A stretch of DNA of 64,000 nucleotides from an uncultured Gammaproteobacteria bacterium (GTDB lineage Bacteria; Patescibacteriota; Microgenomatia; Levybacterales; UBA12049): positions 849,313 to 913,312 of the forward strand of contig CAZDOJ010000001.1 in assembly GCA_964507055.1 (NCBI GenBank), read 5' to 3'. A program made the translations under genes and the position numbers. Under the pieces are notes generated by a model. It was not told where the DNA came from. It did no database searches and was given only the letters and a program-made list of their open reading frames with translations. Each line of letters starts with the position of its first letter. Position 1 is the first letter of the stretch. Positions 11,200 through 20,112 of this stretch are shown in pieces.

Positions 11200-12149
11200 A
11201 CTTTATTCTCCTTTAAAACAGATCTATCTGTACGTACGAAGAGTTTTCGGGCTCTATAGCGGGAATCTTTCACCCTATCCATCTGTGCAAGTGCCAAAAG
11301 AAATCCCTGAATAAAAACAAAATCTCTTCGGAGAATCGCTTTGAGCAAATGATATGGCATCCAAAAAATATGTGAAAGTAATAAATTTTTATCTGTTATA
11401 TTTTTCCATATAAAAAAGTATTGATTTCGATATGCGATCTTCTGAATATGCTTTGGCTTAAATTTTGTTTTTATTGCTCCTTCTTCATGTTCATGGACAA
11501 CGACGCTTTGTGGTTCAAAAATTATTTTGTATCCCGATTTCCACGCACGGTAGCAAAGATCAATGTCTTCCCAATAGAACGGATTAAACAAGTTATCAAG
11601 TCCTCCTAATTTATCCCAAATCTTCTTATTGAAAGCACTACTTCCCCCACTTGCCCAAAGTGAATGACCCGCTGAAACATCTGCTGCTTTATGCTGGAGA
11701 AATCCTCGTTGCCACCAACCAACTGCACGGCCACGAGGAACACTTTTGCCTTCTTCCATACTTTCATCAAGACATCCAACTGCAAACACTTTTTCATCTG
11801 AAAAATGAGCAAGTAACGGTTCGAGAAATTCCTTGTATGGCCGAACATCTGAGTTAAACAAGATAAGTATATCTCCTGTAGCAAGCAATACTCCACGATT
11901 CACATTCTTTGAAAAACCTGATTCCTCTCTTTTTGTATTATCAATTGTTTTTCCAATAATATGTTTTTCCTTAATTGCGTTAATGAAATCGGCAATAACT
12001 TCCGCTGATTTATCAGTGGAAGGGTCATTGGGAATAATGATTTCTACTTTTCCTTTTTTATATTCTTTTACTGATTCGAGAACATGCGGAAGATTTTTCT
12101 TTAATATCTTTTCTCCATTGTAGTTTGGGATAATAATACTAATGTTCAT
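11196..12149 (-). CDS. Glycosyltransferase family 2
   Basis: MNISIIIPNYNGEKILKKNLPHV... I trimmed the start to ATG 12147-12149. The longer track ORF begins with an implausible hydrophobic 18-aa extension. Confidence 0.75.
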   Translation of the reverse strand: MNISIIIPNYNGEKILKKNLPHVLESVKEYKKGKVEIIIPNDPSTDKSAEVIADFINAIKEKHIIGKTIDNTKREESGFSKNVNRGVLLATGDILILFNSDVRPYKEFLEPLLAHFSDEKVFAVGCLDESMEEGKSVPRGRAVGWWQRGFLQHKAADVSAGHSLWASGGSSAFNKKIWDKLGGLDNLFNPFYWEDIDLCYRAWKSGYKIIFEPQSVVVHEHEEGAIKTKFKPKHIQKIAYRNQYFFIWKNITDKNLLLSHIFWMPYHLLKAILRRDFVFIQGFLLALAQMDRVKDSRYRARKLFVRTDRSVLKENKV

Positions 12150-12156
12150 AACTCGT

Positions 12157-12417
12157 CTATACACTAAAAAGGTACAGGGAGAGTACCACACCCAGGCAGG
12201 CAATCAAAATATATTCTATAACAAGTCGCACATGTAATTCATGATGTACATAATGATGAAGCAACGACCAGATGAAATAGCAAGTCGCTGTCATCGTAAT
12301 AATAAGTGCCTGTAACTTATTATCATGATTATTTAAAACGATAAGCGTCAAACCCAATCCAAAAATGATCAGCGTTGAACTGTAATACCAAATATGTTTG
12401 CGAAGATCTGTAATCAT
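12157..12417 (-). CDS. Small hypothetical membrane protein (2-3 TM)
   Basis: 86-aa hydrophobic ORF whose start codon shares one base with the stop of the upstream CAP gene (TAATG). Confidence 0.45.
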   Translation of the reverse strand: MITDLRKHIWYYSSTLIIFGLGLTLIVLNNHDNKLQALIITMTATCYFIWSLLHHYVHHELHVRLVIEYILIACLGVVLSLYLFSV

Positions 12418-13409
12418 TATAAAATAACTCCTCTCCCTATAATTATACCTGCTACCAAAATGAACAATAAGAAGAGAATATGATCAAGATTATGAGAGAA
12501 TGCTCTGACAATCTTCTTGCGTTCAATGATAACGGCATCCAGTACTAAGACAAAAATAAAGAATAGGAGGAAGAAGTAGGAGATATTCTGCTTAACAGAA
12601 TTTACATCAAGAAGTGGTGTACTTTGTACCGATGCGACACCAGCCAGGTCTTTCGGATCTTGATCAGTACTCGCAGTTACCGCTTCTGGCGTTGGTGACG
12701 GTTCAGGCGTTAATGTTGGTTCATTGGTATTAACAGGTGGTGCCAAACCCGTTGGAACTGCCGCTAATTGTCCATTTTCATCTTTCGGAGTATAAGGACT
12801 TCCAAACATCTGTACTACTAAAACTGTATCTGAACCGGTAAGTGTTCCTGGTAAGACCGCAAACCCAATGTCTGTATAATTAGGTGATAGCATATTCTCC
12901 CGATGTGTTGGACTATCCATCCAGGCATCAACAACTGCCTGACCACTATCAAAACCTCGTGCCAAATTTTCACCAGCATAAAGATATTGATACCCTGAAT
13001 CCTTTATAAATACCCAAGGAGTTGTCCCATCAGGTGCGACGTGTGCCCAATAATTCTTGGCAAACATATGATGTGCTTTATGATCTGCGGCTGACGATAA
13101 TTTGGCATTGAGCTTCAAAGGGGCAAGTCCATTTGCTTGCCGTTTGATATTCGTGTATGTAAGTAAATCTTGTATCGATATACTTGTTGAATCTCCGAGT
13201 ACAGCGGGATATTGCTTTTCAACCCCAGCCAAGGTTATCAATCCGGACATCAAAAAGGCAACGATTAGAAAGATGATTTCGTAGTGTAATACTCGTGGAC
13301 GATAATTATTGGTATGTCGAGGAATAAATAAATGGTGAAGAAAGTTTTTCATACTATGTAAAGTATACATTGTCGAGATGAGAGAGTAAATCTGCTTTTG
13401 CATTGACAT
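12417..13409 (-). CDS. CAP/SCP (PR-1-like, YkwD-type) domain membrane protein
   Basis: CAP-domain signature LNAKLSSAADHKAHHMF...YLYAGENLARGF...HRENMLSPNYTDIGFA. It has an N-terminal signal-anchor TM, a Pro/Thr-rich linker and two C-terminal TM helices. A strong SD (AAGGAGGA) lies 1-8 nt upstream of the ATG. Confidence 0.75.
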   Translation of the reverse strand: MSMQKQIYSLISTMYTLHSMKNFLHHLFIPRHTNNYRPRVLHYEIIFLIVAFLMSGLITLAGVEKQYPAVLGDSTSISIQDLLTYTNIKRQANGLAPLKLNAKLSSAADHKAHHMFAKNYWAHVAPDGTTPWVFIKDSGYQYLYAGENLARGFDSGQAVVDAWMDSPTHRENMLSPNYTDIGFAVLPGTLTGSDTVLVVQMFGSPYTPKDENGQLAAVPTGLAPPVNTNEPTLTPEPSPTPEAVTASTDQDPKDLAGVASVQSTPLLDVNSVKQNISYFFLLFFIFVLVLDAVIIERKKIVRAFSHNLDHILFLLFILVAGIIIGRGVIL

Positions 13410-13410
13410 A

Positions 13411-13418
13411 TCCTCCTT
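13411..13418 (-). promoter_or_regulatory. Shine-Dalgarno sequence of the CAP-domain gene
   Basis: rc reads AAGGAGGA, 2-9 nt upstream of ATG 13409. Confidence 0.6.
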
Positions 13419-13668
13419 AACTGACTACAATCGCAAGACTTCTATGACAGAAAATCCAAGGCCCACACCAAGAACAGCTACAGAAAGATTAGGAGATAGA
13501 ACGCTCTTGCAGCATATGCTTCAACGAGCACATGACGTATCTCCGACAACAGATCAAACACCTTGTATGGGTCACGATGTTGGAAGTAGTTTACGTGATA
13601 AGCTTGTGGATAATACTGCAAAGATTGAAAGATTACGAAGCGATCCTACATTATTTACGACTGAATAA

Positions 13669-13986
13669 CTAGCTATAAATTGCTTCAACACTTTCCCCTA
13701 CTTTATTAGTATTTACAGGAATATTTAATAGTTGACCTAAAGTATTTGCAATTGTTATACCAACGCGTACCCCAGTAAATGAACCCGGTCCAGGATGCAC
13801 TTCTATTCCTGTAATATCTTTTAATGCAAGCTTATGGTCCGCAAGCAATGATTGAATCATTGGTATAACAACTTGTCCTTTCCGATGATTAGGAATTTGT
13901 TTACGAATATCTTCTTTTCCATCAATTTTTAGACTGATAATAATCTCTTTATTATTTGATGTATCTATATAAAGAATGTTTTCCAT
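13669..13986 (-). CDS. tsaB: tRNA t6A biosynthesis protein TsaB (YeaZ), truncated N-terminal-domain-only form
   Basis: EVHPGPGSFTGVRVGITIANTL is the TsaB/YeaZ hallmark. The protein is only 105 aa, against about 230 aa typically. It lies adjacent to tsaC, with tsaE nearby. Confidence 0.7.
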   Translation of the reverse strand: MENILYIDTSNNKEIIISLKIDGKEDIRKQIPNHRKGQVVIPMIQSLLADHKLALKDITGIEVHPGPGSFTGVRVGITIANTLGQLLNIPVNTNKVGESVEAIYS

Positions 13987-13990
13987 AGTA

Positions 13991-14566
13991 TTACACTTTT
14001 ACTTGTACAGCACCTTGTCGTAAAATCTTCCAAGGAGTTTCAACAACAGAAATAACCGTAGAAGCTTCCTTAGTGAACGTTTCTCCTGGTACAACATAAT
14101 CAACTAATCGCACTAACTCTGGATCCAAAGCTTCAAAAGTATATGGTGTCTGATGCTTTGGGAAATTAGCCGAAGAACCAATTATGGGTACACCAACACC
14201 ATTGATTATTTCGAGTGTCGTCAAATGATTTGGAACGCGTACTCCTAGAGTATCACCTTTGCGAACCAATGCAGGAATCTTTTCACTTTTACATGGCAAT
14301 ACAATTGTTAACCCACCGGGCCAATGTGGAGCAATGAGTTTATCAATGACATCTTGTGATACTGGTTGGGTAAATGGTTCAAGCATTTCAAGACTTGCAG
14401 CTAAGACAGGAGTTGCCTTGTCTTCAGGACGCCTCCGCAAAGCAAATAAACGCTCTACAGATTCTTCATTATCAATTCTACAACCAATTCCAAATGCTGT
14501 ATCTGTAGGAAAAATGACTACGCCACCATCTTTGAGTATTTGCACTGCTTTTTGTATGTGATCCAT
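13991..14566 (-). CDS. tsaC: L-threonylcarbamoyladenylate synthase (YrdC/Sua5 family)
   Basis: VVIFPTDTAFGIGC...RRRPEDKATPVL...GVRVPNH, 191 aa. Confidence 0.85.
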   Translation of the reverse strand: MDHIQKAVQILKDGGVVIFPTDTAFGIGCRIDNEESVERLFALRRRPEDKATPVLAASLEMLEPFTQPVSQDVIDKLIAPHWPGGLTIVLPCKSEKIPALVRKGDTLGVRVPNHLTTLEIINGVGVPIIGSSANFPKHQTPYTFEALDPELVRLVDYVVPGETFTKEASTVISVVETPWKILRQGAVQVKV

Positions 14567-14636
14567 GAGAGCATTTTATCATAAAATGAGCTTGACAAGC
14601 CTCACTCTTCCCATCTATGCTTAAGATGAGGTCATA

Positions 14637-15215
14637 ATGGATCAAAACGTCGAAACAGCTACTTCGTATTACAATGCACATAGAAGAAAGTCATTTTTTC
14701 TATCTCGTCTCTTTGTATTAATATCAATGCTTGTGCTTATTGTTACTCTCGGTATTAATGTAGCTGTTCTTTATCAACAACGAACTTCAGCAACGACAAG
14801 AGCATCAGGACCTGTGGGACAAAATAATCTTCCGGCACTGCCGCAAGGTTGTGAATATCAAACAAAACAAAATGGTGTTGTCGTTGTTTGCCCAACGGAT
14901 AAGCCAAACGCATCACCAACCCTAGCATCAAATCCTGAATTTCCAATTAAGGTGGAATTACCAGAACTTCCTGAACCATGTACATATGCTTCTTCGAATG
15001 GAGGCTTTGCTGTAAATTGTTCTTCTCCAAATGTAGTTATCCCAACATCCGCTGTCAGGACAGTAACTTCATGTCAGGTTGGCACAGAGAAAGATACGCT
15101 TATTTGTCGGGAAACTGATAATGATAAAGTGGTAGTACCATTGCCTCCATTACCGCAGGGATGCGAATACCAAGTAGTTGCGAGAAATTATTTTGTTGCA
15201 TGTAAGCCAAATTAG
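14637..15215 (+). CDS. Hypothetical membrane-anchored Cys-rich protein with an internal duplicated LPxLPQGCEYQ...VxCxP motif
   Basis: One TM helix (residues about 20-45), 8 Cys in the ectodomain, and two copies of LP(A/P)LPQGCEYQ. Confidence 0.6.
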   Translation: MDQNVETATSYYNAHRRKSFFLSRLFVLISMLVLIVTLGINVAVLYQQRTSATTRASGPVGQNNLPALPQGCEYQTKQNGVVVVCPTDKPNASPTLASNPEFPIKVELPELPEPCTYASSNGGFAVNCSSPNVVIPTSAVRTVTSCQVGTEKDTLICRETDNDKVVVPLPPLPQGCEYQVVARNYFVACKPN

Positions 15216-15226
15216 TAGTGGCTTTA

Positions 15227-15835
15227 TTATCTTTGTGCTGGGATATCTTTTACTTGTACACTAACACTAGCACGCATAACTTGAGCTTTCCCATCATCAA
15301 CAAATTCACCTGTAAAAATTGTTTCTCGCGTTGCGGTCCCCCAATATTTGGCTTCCATTGTATAACCATCTTTTTCAAAATCTAATTTTAAAGATTCGGA
15401 GTGGAACCCATTTTTCCCAGAGCCATGTGTCACAACCTCCACTGACTCTCTATCATCAGAGTATTTGTCATAATAAATTTCTGCGTGTTCTCCAGGAGGG
15501 CAAGCAAGGCTTATAATAAGTTTATCTTGCATCACATGTGCTTCTCCGACACCATCTTCTGCATAGTTACCCTTTGGTACTGTATCAAAAGCCCTGCACA
15601 ACAATTCGAGACCTACTAAATCAGCAAATTTTGATCTTTCCAGACCCTCATACGCAGGAGGAATCTGATCAGCTTCTAAACGTGGGACACCAATAGTTCG
15701 CGGAAGAAGTACTCCAATAGCAGGCATAAATTCCTTTTCGAAACGAGAGATAATAACTTCAGGACGGGGTACTCTATCCTTTCGTGAAGATATATCTGCA
15801 TTGCTTTCCAATAAAAATCTTGGTCTATCCACCAT
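15227..15835 (-). CDS. Hypothetical protein
   Basis: 202-aa ORF in coding-like composition; no family recognised by eye. Confidence 0.5.
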   Translation of the reverse strand: MVDRPRFLLESNADISSRKDRVPRPEVIISRFEKEFMPAIGVLLPRTIGVPRLEADQIPPAYEGLERSKFADLVGLELLCRAFDTVPKGNYAEDGVGEAHVMQDKLIISLACPPGEHAEIYYDKYSDDRESVEVVTHGSGKNGFHSESLKLDFEKDGYTMEAKYWGTATRETIFTGEFVDDGKAQVMRASVSVQVKDIPAQR

Positions 15836-15889
15836 AATTCGGGGATTATCTCATAGCACTATAGACGCTGTCAATAAAATGAGTGATTG

Positions 15890-16321
15890 CTACTGAGCAA
15901 TTCGTATTTTCCTCTTATCCTCTTGAAGATACTCAAAATAAATATCAATTTTATTCTTAGGAAGCACCTTTTTAATCTTTTCTGGCCATTCAATTGCTAC
16001 AATATTTTCTTTCTCTCCGAGTAACTCTTTTAATCCTAGACCATCAATATCATTTTCAGATGCAATTCTGTATAAATCTACATGATACAAATTCTGAATA
16101 TTGGAATCGTTTCCAATAGCATACGTTCGCATGATAATAAATGTTGGTGAAATGATATTTCGTTTAATACCTAAGCCTTTGGCTAATCCTTGCATAAATG
16201 TTGTTTTGCCAGAACCTAAATCACCATGCAATGCTAACACTTCGCCACCTTTTAATTTCTTCGCAAGTTCCAAACCGAGTGCTTGAGTTTCCTCAAAGCT
16301 TTTTGTAATTATTTTTTCCAT
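15890..16321 (-). CDS. tsaE: tRNA t6A biosynthesis ATPase TsaE (YjeE)
   Basis: Walker A LHGDLGSGKTTF, 143 aa, with typical TsaE size and motif order. Confidence 0.85.
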   Translation of the reverse strand: MEKIITKSFEETQALGLELAKKLKGGEVLALHGDLGSGKTTFMQGLAKGLGIKRNIISPTFIIMRTYAIGNDSNIQNLYHVDLYRIASENDIDGLGLKELLGEKENIVAIEWPEKIKKVLPKNKIDIYFEYLQEDKRKIRIAQ

Positions 16322-16322
16322 A

Positions 16323-17198
16323 TTATGCTCGCTGCTTTAATTTTTTCAAAAATAAAAGAACAGCACACGCAATTATAAACCCTGCACCCAAAATTGTAAA
16401 AAGAGCAGGTGCACTGGAAGCACCTTTCACTTTCATCGGAATTGATGGTAGAGGAATTCGAGTCGGTTCATTTGCTTTCGTTTTTGCTCCAAGAACAGCG
16501 GTTGGATACGCACCTCGACTGGCAACTTTTGCTGAGGGACTTACGGAGCGAGGTGATATAGGAACTCCTGAAATTCTTGGAGAAGACGTTGGGGAAGAAA
16601 CTCGTGTTGTAGGTGTTCGTGTGGCAGTGGTTCTTGAAATAGTAGATCCCGATTGTGTTTGATTTGACGAAGCGACTTGAGTGACTGCAGGTTTTGCGGT
16701 TGGTTCGGGTTCGTCGGTTGCCGTTGGCATTGGGCCAGCATTTGCACTTCCCCGTGTGGGATTAGATAGATACGCAAAACTACCAGTTCCATCAGGATAT
16801 CTTCCCATTGCGACATCATAACCAGGCCCATCAGTATAAGTGAGCTGGTCTGCGATAGATCCATTTGGATTAAACAGAACGACAGTATCACCATCGTTAT
16901 TAAACATTGATGCACTCAACTCAATATAATAATGCTGACTATCACTTCCAGCAATTACTCCATCAAGGCTTTTCTTTGCACTCCCACCTTCATCACTTGC
17001 AAAATCTGCATCATCATCAATCCAATAATTTTTGAGATTACTACTATCCGTGACATAGAATTCCACCCATTCTTTACTTCCTGCATTTGGATGAGTGAGT
17101 ACTTCATTAAGAGAAACTGGACCTGCTGCATAAGCTTGATTTGGCACACTCACCAGTAAAACAAGAAGAGAACCTAGTATAATGAGAAGAGACTGCAT
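16323..17198 (-). CDS. Lamin-tail-domain (LTD) cell-surface protein
   Basis: Signal peptide, then an LTD signature (LNEVLTHPNAGSKEWVEFYVTD...GDTVVLFNPNGSIADQLTY), an S/T/P-rich linker, and a C-terminal TM with a basic tail (LLFLKKLKQRA). Confidence 0.75.
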   Translation of the reverse strand: MQSLLIILGSLLVLLVSVPNQAYAAGPVSLNEVLTHPNAGSKEWVEFYVTDSSNLKNYWIDDDADFASDEGGSAKKSLDGVIAGSDSQHYYIELSASMFNNDGDTVVLFNPNGSIADQLTYTDGPGYDVAMGRYPDGTGSFAYLSNPTRGSANAGPMPTATDEPEPTAKPAVTQVASSNQTQSGSTISRTTATRTPTTRVSSPTSSPRISGVPISPRSVSPSAKVASRGAYPTAVLGAKTKANEPTRIPLPSIPMKVKGASSAPALFTILGAGFIIACAVLLFLKKLKQRA

Positions 17199-17251
17199 GA
17201 TAATTTAATCATACATGAGAATTATGCCAATGTCATTAGTTTTGGAGAAGG

Positions 17252-18415
17252 TTAGTTATACCAACCATATGAAGAAATGCCAGCGTAGTAATCAGAAAAC
17301 TTTAGATCAGGACCGTTCCATGGATCATGCATTATGTAATTCCCAGAAGAACCACTTTTCAAAACAATAAAATGGGAATTTCCTTTAACTCCAACAATAA
17401 CGGGCTCACCACCTGCTAACTTACTATCAATTGCTGATTGGTTGTAGCCGGATGCCGAAGAAAATTTACCTCCACCCCACGGAATTGCCATGTAGGCTGT
17501 ATTTGAAAAGAAGTATGAACTATTGCTTGTTACTGAGGCCGGAGTTACATCTTCTCCGTGCTTTTTCATAATCATTGCCATTGATGTCGCTAAACATCCA
17601 ACTTCCCAAACATATTCTGGCGAAGATCCCATATTTGAATTGCCCCATCGAGAATCACGTTGATTAAAATACCATCCATCAGGACTTGCTTGAGGAGGTA
17701 GAACAGATCCACCGTGTCCTCTTGCAAAAGACTTCATAGAATTGACCTGTGCTCGAGCTTGGGAGAGTAGCTGTTGGTAGTGAGCTTCGTCGTTCTTGGT
17801 CGTGGCCAGAAGAGTTTGTTTTGATGCTTTATCTTTATCTAACTGTACTTGATATCCTTCTAATTGCTTGTTCAATTCTTCAACCTTCTTTTTCTTTTGC
17901 TCGAGGATGACTTTTTGATTCGCGTAATCATTACGTGCTTGCTGAGTATCATAGAGCAGTTGTCTATCATGACTTTGAACAATTTTTAAATAATTTGATC
18001 GAGACATAAGGTCGGATATATTTCCGGATGCCAACAACACTTGTAACTCTTTCGCATCACCTGCTTGATAGGTTGCGACAATTCTATTAAGTAAGACTTT
18101 TGTCACGTTATCGAGTGAGCCTTCCAAATTACTCATCCGCTTACTTGCTGATTCGATATCGAGGGTAATCTCCATTACTTCTTTTTGCGTTGTATCAATA
18201 CGATATTCAGTCAATGAAATTTGCCCATCCATTGCAGCTATTTGAGAAGAGAGAGAATTACCCTGCGATTTGAGATCGGATACTTTTCTTTCTAATTCGC
18301 GGATACGATTATTGAGATCCGAAACTTGTTGCTGATTAGCAGTTTGTGCATAAACGAATGCACCACTTAATCCAAAACCTAGGATAGCAAGAGTAAATAT
18401 TATTAACTTTTTCAT
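17252..18415 (-). CDS. Secreted coiled-coil protein with a C-terminal C39-like (Peptidase_C39_2/papain-fold) cysteine-peptidase domain; putative FtsEX-associated peptidoglycan hydrolase
   Basis: Signal peptide, about 200 aa of heptad-rich coiled coil, then NQRDSRWGNSNMG...VGCLATSMAMIM...GNSHFIVL...IMHDPWNG. This gives a Q...C...H...D order consistent with C39-like domains. It lies immediately downstream of ftsE-ftsX. Confidence 0.7.
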   Translation of the reverse strand: MKKLIIFTLAILGFGLSGAFVYAQTANQQQVSDLNNRIRELERKVSDLKSQGNSLSSQIAAMDGQISLTEYRIDTTQKEVMEITLDIESASKRMSNLEGSLDNVTKVLLNRIVATYQAGDAKELQVLLASGNISDLMSRSNYLKIVQSHDRQLLYDTQQARNDYANQKVILEQKKKKVEELNKQLEGYQVQLDKDKASKQTLLATTKNDEAHYQQLLSQARAQVNSMKSFARGHGGSVLPPQASPDGWYFNQRDSRWGNSNMGSSPEYVWEVGCLATSMAMIMKKHGEDVTPASVTSNSSYFFSNTAYMAIPWGGGKFSSASGYNQSAIDSKLAGGEPVIVGVKGNSHFIVLKSGSSGNYIMHDPWNGPDLKFSDYYAGISSYGWYN

Positions 18416-18461
18416 ATGTTTGTAATTAAGTTCCTGAATTACTTCAGGAGAACATTATAAA

Positions 18462-19373
18462 CTATTTCAAATACCGACGTACGGCAAGTGAGCTGGCGAG
18501 GATGCCAAGGAAAACTGCGATAAGCAATTCTCCAAAAAGTAGTGCAACCAAAAAGATTGGTGACACCGGCAGTACAGGAATACCCTTTAAGAATGTTTCA
18601 AGGTATGGCGTCGCATAAAGCAATCCACCTGAGGCAATCACCCAACCGATAAGTGTTCCAAGTACTCCATAGAAAATACCTTCAAGAATGAAAGGCCAAC
18701 GAATATACCAATTCGTCGCGGAAAGTAACTTCATAATTTCAATTTCTTCCTTCTTTTGTGAAACTTTGAATCCGATGACCGTCATCATAATAAAGACTGA
18801 AACCAAGGCTAAGACTGCAATTAATGTAATACCGATAATACGCACGGCGTTGGTCCAACTTGCCAAGGTAGAAACAATATCCTTCTGATAAATCACTTCA
18901 TTTACATAGGGAGACGATCGTAAAGTATTTGAAACAGGCTCAAGATCTTCAATTTTGTATGTCGAAATCTCAAGTGATGCAGGCAAAATATCTTCTGTCA
19001 CAAGATCAAGAAGCAAAGGATCATCTTTATTTTGCTCTTTGTAAATTTGTAGTGCTTCAGCCTTGGAGACATACTTTGTTGAGGCAATTTGTCCTGATTG
19101 TTGGAGCTGAGCTCTCAGTTGATCAATATCTTGTGGTTTTGCTTCATCTTTAAAGAAGGCTGTTACTTGTGGCTTTGATTCGAAATATTGAATAACCGCT
19201 GATGATCCAAAGACGATAAATGAGAAAATGGTAATCGAAAGAAATGTCAGCATCATAATAAAAACAGCTGCCATTGACTGATATGGACTTCTTCGAATAT
19301 GTTTTAATGTTGTTTTGGTTGCTCGCATATTATTCTTCTTTCTTCGCATGAGACTTTGGCTCACGCTTATCAT
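18462..19373 (-). CDS. ftsX: Cell-division ABC transporter permease-like protein FtsX
   Basis: Four TM helices with a large extracellular loop after TM1. It follows ftsE. The true start is probably ATG 19349 or 19328, because the track start overlaps ftsE by 44 nt. Confidence 0.75.
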   Translation of the reverse strand: MISVSQSLMRRKKNNMRATKTTLKHIRRSPYQSMAAVFIMMLTFLSITIFSFIVFGSSAVIQYFESKPQVTAFFKDEAKPQDIDQLRAQLQQSGQIASTKYVSKAEALQIYKEQNKDDPLLLDLVTEDILPASLEISTYKIEDLEPVSNTLRSSPYVNEVIYQKDIVSTLASWTNAVRIIGITLIAVLALVSVFIMMTVIGFKVSQKKEEIEIMKLLSATNWYIRWPFILEGIFYGVLGTLIGWVIASGGLLYATPYLETFLKGIPVLPVSPIFLVALLFGELLIAVFLGILASSLAVRRYLK

Positions 19374-20025
19374 CTCTTGTCAGAATACCTTTTTCAAGAA
19401 TTAATGTTCTTTTCTGCATACTATTTACAATGTCAGCATTGTGGGTCGCCATAATAATTGTTGTGCCGCTATCATTGATATCTTGCAACAATTTTACAAT
19501 CTCCCACGTAGTAGCATTATCTAAATTACCAGTTGGTTCATCTGCAAGCAAGATCTCGGGATTAAAAGCCAAAGCTCTCGCAATTGCTGCTCTTTGTAAT
19601 TCTCCTCCGGATAGTTGGATAGGAAATTTGTTAATATGTTCCTGAATTCCGACACGTTCGATAATCTCTTCAACACGCTTTTTAGCATCATGTGTATCCA
19701 TATTTCCAACTTCTAAAGGAAACATGATATTTTCAAAAATTGTACGATCACGCAAAAGCTTTAAATCCTGAAATACCATTCCAATATTTTTTCTAAGATG
19801 ATGCACTTTTTTATGAGGAAGTGTAACTAAATCCCAATCACCAATATGAATTGCACCACTTGTCGGGACAGTATCTCGGATCAATAACCGGAACAATGTT
19901 GTCTTCCCAGATCCGGAAGGACCCACAAGAAAGACAAATTCACCTCTATCAATATTAAAAGTAACATCGGCAAGTGCTGTATTTCCCGTCGGATATGCTT
20001 TGGTAACATTTTCTAGTCGTATCAT
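19330..20025 (-). CDS. ftsE: Cell-division ATP-binding protein FtsE
   Basis: GPSGSGKTT Walker A, LSGGELQRAAIARAL signature, and ADEPTGNLD Walker B. Confidence 0.9.
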   Translation of the reverse strand: MIRLENVTKAYPTGNTALADVTFNIDRGEFVFLVGPSGSGKTTLFRLLIRDTVPTSGAIHIGDWDLVTLPHKKVHHLRKNIGMVFQDLKLLRDRTIFENIMFPLEVGNMDTHDAKKRVEEIIERVGIQEHINKFPIQLSGGELQRAAIARALAFNPEILLADEPTGNLDNATTWEIVKLLQDINDSGTTIIMATHNADIVNSMQKRTLILEKGILTRDDKREPKSHAKKEE

Positions 20026-20112
20026 AAGTCATTGCGAGGAATATTTATGAAGCTGCAATCTCTTCCCCGACGAGATCACTGCTTCCGCCCAATGACGGAT
20101 TGTTCTACGAGA

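Noticed and set aside
13444-13668. 74-aa plus-strand ORF in the tsaB/CAP intergenic gap as a protein-coding gene
   Set aside because: It is antisense to all flanking genes, has no SD, and its Pro/Thr/Arg-rich translation looks unprotein-like. I kept the region only as a possible leader or ncRNA in the findings.
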